The notes under the pieces are model-generated. The model searched no databases. It was not told the DNA's origin and saw only the letters and a program-made list of their open reading frames with translations. Position numbers and translations under genes: made by a program. Positions 1-8,314 of a DNA stretch of 64,000 nucleotides are shown here, piece by piece. This DNA is from Lama guanicoe (Eukaryota): the NCBI GenBank assembly GCA_013239625.1, contig MU053758.1:2666001-2730000 (forward strand), in the 5' to 3' direction. How positions within the stretch are numbered: the first letter of the stretch is position 1; every line of letters starts with the position of its first letter.

Positions 1-885
1 GATTGCAGGAGCCATTCCATCTCCCTTCTGACTGCTGCTGGGTTCAAAGTCAGGAATCTCCAAGATGATTTCTCTGCTCTGCCCCCCATCCATATACACA
101 CTCCTTCCCTCCCACAGCCCCTGAGTCTCCCCTGAGTCCTTGCCTGTCATTAAGGCACCCTAACATCCTTCTCTCCCATCCATGCCTGCCTCTCATCCAG
201 TTCCCCTAACAATGGCCTCCCACCTTTTACAGTACCACTCTTCTCTTTTTAAGGACTTTTGCATCTCATATCTCACATGAATCCTGTGAGGTAGGTGACG
301 CTGCTACAGCAAACCCCTTCTCATGTGTTTGGGTAACTACCTCAGAAAGCCCAGTGACTCACCAGCTACTCGGTGGTGAATCTGTGAGCAAAACCCAGGC
401 TTTGAGACTCCAGCCGGTGCTTTCCCCTCACAGCTCCACTCCCTGCCAGAGTTCTTGCCCCCTCTGCCAAGTTCCCCTGTCTTCACATCTCTCCCATCCC
501 CTCACCACCACCACCTGCCCCAAGCAGAAGTCACCGAGAGGAACAGCCAGAGTGAGCCAGGTGGAAGCCAAGTGGAACTTGAAGGAGAGGAGGGGAGGCA
601 GACGGCCTAGGGTCGGTCCCCCTGCCTCGGGGCTGAAATCTGGGAGATCAGGGTGTTCTATTCCTCTTTAGGGTCTGTTCCCAAAACCAGCTGGTGACCT
701 ATAGCCCCTCCACAGGTTTCTCCCAACCCCTTCAGTGTGGCTCCCTAGTGCCTGCACCTCCCACCACTCCTCCCCGCTCAGAGACCACCCTATGTAGGCC
801 TATGTGGTGAGGGGAGCCAGCCAGAACAGGCCAGGAGAAGTCAGGGAATCAGTGACAGCCAGTGCTCCATTTCTGACCCCCACAG

Positions 886-2331
886 ACATCCTCCCACTCA
901 AAGACCAGAATCTAAAAATGTCCCCCTCTGAAGGTGAGAGAAGCTAAAGGACTCTTCTCCCTCCCACCCCATAATGTGATGAGGACAGTCGGACAAAGTC
1001 TTAGAAGGTGAGGACACAAAGACACCACTCCCCCGCCTTCTCCAGCAAAGGAAAGAAACCAGCCCACTGAGGAACACAAGCCTGGAGCCCTTTCTCAAAA
1101 CCATGACAGGATGGTGGGTGGGATGCAGAGGGGTCTCTCTGACTTTGACATGACGTAGTGATGCTGGGGATCCCAGCCACAGGTTTGGTTTCTTGGGCTT
1201 TTAAGTACATCCTCCCCCTGCCCCCAGTCTCCACCACACTCTTCTAGGTGGGATGAGGCTGGACCCACCCAGGGCTGCACCACGGGGCAGGCGGACGCTT
1301 CTTCCCTAGGGGCTCTCTGCCCTCCATCTCCGTCTATCACAGTCACCCTCGGTCCCTTTCGCGTCTGCAACATCCTCAACCCCATTGAAAAATACTGTTA
1401 GGAGCTGAGTTCCCCTGTCACTCCACACCAGCCCCTGCCCTGATCCTCTTTCCCTGGAGAGGGGTACTTGAGGGAGGCACAGGACACCAAGGCCCAGAAG
1501 GAGGACTCTGTGCCTGGGGTGGGGGGCCCTCTGGGTGAAGTTATGTGGAGGCAGGAGGAGCAGGGTATGGTCCTCGTTACCACAGTCCTCTACGCAAAGC
1601 TCTGTCTGGGCCTGAGCCGGTCCGCTGGGAGCCCACAGGGTTTCGGGAGCTGCAGGCTGAGGTAGAGGAGGAGCTGCTGTAGCTTAAGGGCCTGACCCGG
1701 AACAGCGGACAGCGGGGCTGAGAGAAGGATTGGCACGACTGGGCCAGGCCCTGAGGCCCAGGAGCTGTGGGACGTAGCAGGGGCGGGGCTGCGGCGGAGT
1801 GGGCGGGACTGCAGGAGTCTTGGGGCGAGGTGATCGAGATTTCCGGAGCACGCTAGAGTGGTGACTGCAGTCCCGCGGGGCGAGAGGCGGGGCTTAAAAC
1901 GTCTAGGGGGAGGAGTCGGGGATGGGGCGGGGCTAAACTGGTGACGGCTAGACCTGCGCGCCGGAGGCGGGGCTACGAGCCGTAGGAGCCAGATGCAGGC
2001 TGAATGGGGCGTGACTGGCCTCCTATTCAGGGAGCTGTCATCCAGCATGTCCACTCGTCCACTCGAGGAAGGCCTCTTTACGCTAAGAGACACTGGGCTC
2101 CTGCCCTGAGGAGGGGATCTCCCTGTCTTTCTAACCGTTGAAGTATCTAGCTGATCACTTCCCATCTCTCTGTCAAGTAGATGGGAGCCTAGATTTTAAC
2201 AAGTCTTAGGTTCTGAGAGTTTCGGGGCGGGGGGCGCATGGCCTGAATCCTCGAATGACTGCAGGAGACTTCTAGCAAACTCAGTTCCATACTGACTGGG
2301 CACATCTTCTACCTGCTGGAGGCTCTGGGTG
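886..2331 (+). pseudogene. Decayed gasdermin-family paralogue (unprocessed pseudogene; remnants of linker and C-terminal-domain exons)
   Basis: 886-933: 48-nt phase 1-1 exon (cccccacag|...|gtgaga), DILPLKDQNLKMSPSEG, same length and phase as GSDMA exon 6. 1641-1773: FRELQAEVEEELL*LKGLT/EQRTAGLREGLARLGQ aligns with GSDMA exon 9 (stop 1680-1682, 1-nt frameshift near 1699). 2177-2331: VDGSLD...ILE*LQETSSKLSSILTGHIFYLLEALG ending G|gtgagg, matching GSDMA exon 10 LEGALD...GAILYFLGALT G|gtgagt. Confidence 0.72.
1782..2016. promoter_or_regulatory. CpG-rich cluster of GC boxes (SP/KLF-type)
   Basis: GGCGGGGCT at 1782, 1886, 1926 and 1966; variants at 1802, 1824 and 2008; locally high CpG density. 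Confidence 0.5.
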
Positions 2332-2984
2332 GTGAGGATCTAGAATGGAGATGGAGTCAGTCACTGATGTGACTGACAGGCCTACTGAGTTGGGCCCAAG
2401 GTACCAAGAGGGACCTAAAACATAATTTATGAGTCCCAGTGCAAAATGAAAATTTCAGGGCGCATTCAGTTCCTCAGCACAACTTTGATTTGAGGACGTG
2501 TCACAAGACACCGAACAGTGTCTGCTCAGCTAGGATTTTGGAGATGTCTTGGGCTCCAAAGCTGATTTGGGAATTGGGGAAGAAAACTCGAAATTTTTTA
2601 GGAGATAATAAAAGAGTCTGGGGGTTTTACTGTGTTCAGAAAAGAATAGTTTATTTATGGAAGTATAGCCTGCAGTCTGCAGTCTGCATTCCAAAACTTC
2701 CAACCTCCCATGAGAGATATAAAATGCATCGACTTTGGGGCACATTCTTCCTCCTTCTCCACCATTCCAGTCTGTCTCTTTCCTCTTTGGCTCCTTTCTG
2801 AGGAGAAAGTCAATAATAATAAAGAAGAAAATGGGTAAAGAAGTAATTAATGTCCTGTCCCAGTGTCTGGGTCTGACTTCAGGGTCCGCAGTGCACACTG
2901 TAGGTCAAGTTACCAGAGAACAGGTGGCTGGGGCTTCCTCCACTAAGTCTATTCCCTTACCTGATCCGCATCTTCTAGCAATCA

Positions 2985-3026
2985 CACACAAACCACAGCT
3001 TGGTGCACACAAACCACAGCTTGGTG
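2985..3026. repeat. Perfect 21-bp tandem duplication
   Basis: cacacaaaccacagcttggtg x2 (2985-3005, 3006-3026). Confidence 0.9.
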
Positions 3027-3074
3027 CACACACACATCAAGGGGTGATTATCGCCCATTAACTCCCTCGATCGA

Positions 3075-3087
3075 CCACTAGAGGGAG
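3075..3087 (+). promoter_or_regulatory. CTCF core motif (forward)
   Basis: CCACTAGAGGGAG matches the CCASYAGRKGGCR consensus except at its end. Confidence 0.5.
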
Positions 3088-4579
3088 ATAGAGAGCAAAG
3101 CCTGCTGCCTGCATCAGCACCACGCACCACTTAGCTTGTTTCAATAAATCACTATTAATTGACCAAAAAAGTTCTTACATATTACTCCAACTTAAATTTC
3201 TTTCAGCACAGTTTGAATTATGTCCCAGATTCCCCTGAACATAAACAAAGACTCTGAGGAAAAGGAGCCTGTAGACCCTAAAGGGATTCTGCGGCCTTAC
3301 CCTAAGGCCTTTACTGGAGTTTTCCTTGAGGAGCTTGTGGTGAATGGGAGGAGGGGAGGTGACAAAAAGACAGGATATCCTAGATAGGTAGGAGGAACAG
3401 CCCAAGAACAAGCCTGACATGGATGTTTTTATTTCAAAAGCACAAGACCTTCAACCTGGCTGGTCTCATAAGCCCTTATTTCTTCTCTCTGCCTTGAACT
3501 CACAAAGGAACCTGCTTAGAACACCATTAGGCAGTTTGCGGGATGGTGCAATGGGGCAGAAGTAGAGTGGGGACAGGACAAGGAGAAGGAGGATAGGCCT
3601 GGTGGAGTTCAGAATGAATGAAGGAAGGCAAGAGGAATGAAAAGAGCAAGACTTCTGGGTCAGAGGAGACAAAACTGGCTAGATAGACTTTTTTGGGTCC
3701 TGAGAACAGATACAGGTGTGACTTCTTGAAACCACTCTTCTCCAGATCTTTGGAGGATAAGGTAAGAAGAAGACAGACACTCAGAAGAAACCCCCAAAAG
3801 TCTAGCTGAGGCAATGATAGGCTGGTCAGAGGGTGAGGAGTGGGGCTGCCTTCTCAGGAGCTGATTAAGCCCAGGACCACATGATGGTTTGCTGTGGGGT
3901 CAGATCAAAGTGCCAAATAAGAGATACAGAGAGGTAGAGACAGAAGTCCAGGAAGAACCAGGAAAATAAGAGATGAAAAAGATATTACACAGACAACACC
4001 TTTCTGCATACATGCACACATGTGACAGGAACCGCATGACTGATGACAGCCTCCCCACATGCCCAAGCTCCCATTTCTGTTTCTCCTAAAGAGGAGGGAT
4101 GTTTGCTTAAGATAATGATTAGAGCTGTCGAAGGAGGAGGTATTAGGTATCTGCACAAGATGAGCGCGGGTTCAATGGGAAGAGAGGTAAACAAAAAGAC
4201 AAGGGGCAGGGACCAGAGACCCAGCAGGGGCAAGGTCTTGTTTTGTTTCAGGACACAGAAGAGAGAGATTTGGGAGCAGCTGTCATACCGAATGAGACTT
4301 TGCGGACAGAGGTGGAAGAGTTAAATTTTTAGGAGTTTTGCTGAATATGATGTGATCTAATCTCCCCTAGTCACCACCAGCCCCTCCAGAAAACCTCCAG
4401 TAAAGACCTAACTTACTCTTCATGGGTTTTAAGGCAATATTTCATCTTCAGTAGGTGATACTGAGGAGAGCCTCAAAGGGAGAGCATGAAGGCTCAGTGG
4501 TATTCAGGTTATACATGCACTCATGCGTAGACACATATCCCAACACCATAGGAGCCTTGCTTGTAAATGTCTTGATTTG

Positions 4580-5037
4580 ACCGTAAAAAAGAATGAAATA
4601 ATGCCACCTGCAGCAACATGGATGGACCTAGAGATGATCATATTAAGTGAAGTAAGTCAGATAGAGACAAATATGATATCACTTATATGTGGAATCTAAA
4701 AAAATGATACAAATTTTATTTAAAAACCAGAAATAGATGCACAGACATAGATAACAAACTATGGTTACCAAAGGGGAAAGGAGGTGGGGAAATAAACTAG
4801 GAGTTTGGGATTAACAGGTATAAACAACTATATATAAAATAGATAAACAACAAGGACCTACTGTACAGCACAGGGAACTATATTCAATTTCTTGTAATCA
4901 GCTACAATGGAAAGGAATCTGAAAAAATGTATATATATATGCATATGTATTTTTATAACTGAATTGCTTTGCTGTACACCTCAAACTAACACCAAATCAA
5001 CTACACTTAATTTTTAAGAAAAGACAGTTTTTAAAAA
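4580..5037 (+). mobile_element. 5'-truncated LINE-1 3' end with target-site duplication
   Basis: Typical L1 3' sequence (gaatgaaataatgcca...catggatggacctagagatgatcatattaagtgaagtaagtcag; gctgtacacctcaaactaacac); TSD gtcttgatttg at 4569-4579 and 5038-5048. Confidence 0.85.
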
Positions 5038-5563
5038 GTCTTGATTTGTCATCTAAAGACTTACCATGTGTGTAAAGTCCCCTTTAAAATTCCTTCCAGG
5101 CAGGGATTTGAGATAAGAGTAAGACCTGAGTGACCGATGGTAAGGTGTCTGAATTCCCACCGGAGATGGGTGTTTGGAGATTTTCCACTAACTCCGCTGT
5201 GCTTCTGCCTGTGCACGTTTGTGTGTGTCTGTACAATACTCCTTTAGGGGCAGAGATGCTGAACAGGAAATAAGAGAAAACCATTTGGTCTATCTCCATC
5301 TCTGCCTACACAGGCATATGCTTGTAGCTGTGCCATAGATACGTACCTGGAGCTGAAACAGATAGAATGAGGCAGTGATGTGCGGGCTGACAAGCAAAAA
5401 GATGGAGGACAACCTTTCAGTTGCTCTTTCTGCTGGAATCTGAAGACACACAGGATTTCTTATCACCTTATCACACCCACAAAGCCTCGTCATGAATCCT
5501 AGCTGCTTCCCGATGGCCATGATGGAACAGAGATGCCTTCCCTCATCACACCCATGCATGTGA

Positions 5564-5587
5564 ACACACACACACACACACACACAC
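5564..5587. repeat. (CA)n microsatellite
   Basis: Uninterrupted AC dinucleotide run. Confidence 0.9.
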
Positions 5588-5779
5588 CCGAAGTCCCACT
5601 GCCTCTCTCTGCAGCCCCCTCCAAGGTGCCTTCCTTCCTCCGCTCTCAGCCCATCAAGCCAACCTTCCACTGGCATCTCTTCCTCGGCCTTGGCTCCCCC
5701 ACCCATGCCGGCACCTGCCTGGCAGCACCTCTCCCATCCTCTCAGCCCTCGGGAGGCCGGGGCACAGGGCCTGGGGCAG

Positions 5780-6007
5780 GGCACACGTGGAACAGGTTAA
5801 TGCTGTTCTCCCGGAAGTGGAGCAGGTGAGGGGTGGGGTCACTGGAGCAGGCGGAGTCCCTGGAAGCCAACATCCTTGCCTCCACGGAGGCATAAAGCAG
5901 CAGCCTGTCCTGGTGAAGGACAGTCATTCTCTCAGCCCGCAGACCAAGAGAGGCCCAGACCCTCACCCCAGACCCAGCTGCTGGTCAGGACCTAGCACCG
6001 CTCCCTG
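5780..6007 (+). promoter_or_regulatory. GSDMA: Probable GSDMA promoter and non-coding exon 1
   Basis: E-box 5784-5789, GRHL-like AACAGGTT 5791-5798, ETS CCGGAAGT 5811-5818, CACCC box near 5830, TATA-like CATAAA 5891-5896, strong donor ctg|gtaaga after 6007; the next acceptor (7485) is 5 nt before the ATG. Confidence 0.55.
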
Positions 6008-7490
6008 GTAAGAACTAGAGGACAGCAGGGGAGGAGAGGGTGTTCTAGGGACAGACGAGATCATGGATGGGACAAGAAGGGCCTAGGAGTCCCCTAGAGC
6101 CCCGTGGGGTAGGAATCTTGATCAGCCTTGGGGAGAGAAGGGGGAGGTGGCCCTGTGAGCACTTATCTGATGAGGAGGAGACAGCAGTCACCCAAGCCCT
6201 TCCCAGGTTGGCCAGGAGGTGGTCCTGTCCCATCTGGGCCCTCCCAGGAATGAGAGGTGAAAAAAGCACATTGGAGCTAGTGTGGTTGACAGAGTGGCCC
6301 CAGCCCCTGTGTGTGTGCACCCTGCTTCCCCAACTCTGTGAGGTGCCAACTGGGATGTGAGGCGGTTCCAGGCTGGCTGGTGTGTCCTCTTCCACCCTCG
6401 GGGATAACCCAGCTGTGCCAGCTGGCTGCCCAGCCAGAGCATCCGGACTTGAACCTCAAAGACAGAGACCAGAGATCATGAACTTCAGGCTCTTGTAGGC
6501 CCCATGTTCTCCAGGGCCCTCTCACCCCAGCTCAAGTCTCCCAGGGCCGCGTTCATGCATTCACTTGTCCATCCATTCCACACACGTTGCCAAGCTCCAA
6601 GTCTGCACCAGGCACGGTGCTTGGAGCTGAGGCCACCAGGATGACTAAGACCTACTTCCTGCCATCTGGGAGGTCACGGTCGAGTAGGCGAGAGAGTCAG
6701 GTGAACAGATCACAACAACAGAAGGCAGCAGGTGTCTCAGAAGGCATTTTGGGGTGGAGTCACCAGCTGCCTGAAGGGGAGAGAGAAGGGGGTCACAGAG
6801 GAGTGACCGGAAGTGAGTCTTAAAGGACACATAGGGATTCCTTAGATTGGGAGGGAGGTATTACCAGCAGAGGGGCGAGGGCAAAGAGCATCAAAATGCC
6901 TGGATCTGCTGAGTGGTACCTGGAGGGAGGTGGGAGAAAGTAGAACCTACACCCATGAGCCAGGAGAAGGGCACAAGGGAGGTAAGGGGACAGGGAAGTG
7001 ACCCCCACCCAAAGAAAAGGCAACTGGGTGAACAGTGCTGCCTCCCGGGCCCTCCCCCTTGGCACCAGGGGTGGCTGCCTCCCTCCCCCAGCGTCCCCAG
7101 GTCCTGGCTGTCACAGTTCTCTGGGGGAGACAAGGTGGGCATGTCTGTGTGAGAGGAGCTTTACTTCCACAGCTGATGAAATGCTCCAGCAGGGCTCCAG
7201 GTCCGTGAAGTGAACAGGGAGTAAGAAAGGAGCCCTTGACAAGGAGAAGGGAGGGCTGGCTCCCCAAGCCAGCCGAGCCACCCCCCAGGCGACTTGTTTT
7301 CAGCTCTCAAGGCTTCATTTCCTCATGGTAGAGTGAGGACTCCTCTGGTTCCTTTCAGCTCTGACATTCAGAGAATCCAGGCATCTTTAAGGGCGCCCCA
7401 GCCCCAGAAACCCCCCATCTCTCTCCACAGGGGACGTCCTGGTCTCCCAACTTGTCACTTTCCGGTCTCCCTCCCCCTCCTGCAGAGACA

Positions 7491-8278
7491 ATGACCATGT
7501 TTGAAAATGTCACCCGGGCTCTGGTCCGCCAGCTGAACCCCCGAGGGGACCTGACACCCCTGGACAGCCTCATAGACTTCAAGCGCTTCCACCCCTTCTG
7601 CCTGGTGCTGAGGAAGAGGAAGAGCACGCTCTTCTGGGGAGCCCGGTACGTCCACACTGACTACACCCTCCTGGATGTGCTTGAACCCGGCAGCTCGCCC
7701 TCAGGTCAGCCTTGTGCGTGGGGTTGGGGACTGAGGGAGGGGCCCCCGAAGCTCCCTCTGCCCTGGTGGTGGCAGCATGGATAGGAGTCTCTAGCCCAAA
7801 GACCTCGCAGGAGGCGGGGACCACGGATGCCTCTCAGCCCAGCCCCCTTCGTCTTCTCCCTCCTGCAGACCCAACAGACTCTGGAAACTTTGGCTTTAAG
7901 AATATGCTGGATGCCCGAGTGGAGGGAGAGGTGGATGTGCCAAAGACAGTCAAGGTGAAGGGGACAGCCAATCTGTCCCAGAACAGCACCCTGGAGGTCC
8001 AGACGCTCAGTGTGGCTCCTACGGCTCTGGAGAGTTTGCACCAGGAGAGGTGAGACTGGGCAGGGCTGGAGGGCTGCTGGGATGGGGGAGCGGTGCCTGG
8101 AAAGGGTGCTTTGGGCCCTGAGTTAAAGGGCAGGGCCCTCACACTGACCTTCACCTATGTGGTCACCCCAGGGGCGCTCTTGAAAATGGCCTTCTGGCCT
8201 ATAGGTCATTTAGGCCATTTCTTAACCACTCCCCACCCCTTCCCGTCCTTCCACCACCTCCAGTACCCCTCCCCACCA

Positions 8279-8314
<36 letters not shown>

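Noticed and set aside
975..1007. Possible extra 33-nt micro-exon of the pseudogene (donor aag|gtgagg)
   Set aside because: No AG acceptor, two in-frame stops, and the implied intron would be only about 41 nt.
1590..2165. 191-aa minus-strand ORF over the GC-rich patch
   Set aside because: Low-complexity Pro/Arg/Ser product expected from GC-rich DNA; the recognisable coding signal is the plus-strand gasdermin relic.
2985..3026. Direct repeat as a CRISPR-like or functional array
   Set aside because: Two adjacent copies with no spacer in mammalian DNA; simple slippage duplication.
3480..5140. Several candidate remnants of a gasdermin exon 11 (near 3740, 4122, 5100)
   Set aside because: Matches of only a few residues, mutually exclusive and indistinguishable from chance by eye.
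1..7400. LRRC3C or a recent GSDMA tandem copy upstream of GSDMA
   Set aside because: No leucine-rich-repeat coding sequence and no high-identity GSDMA duplicate visible; only the highly diverged relic.
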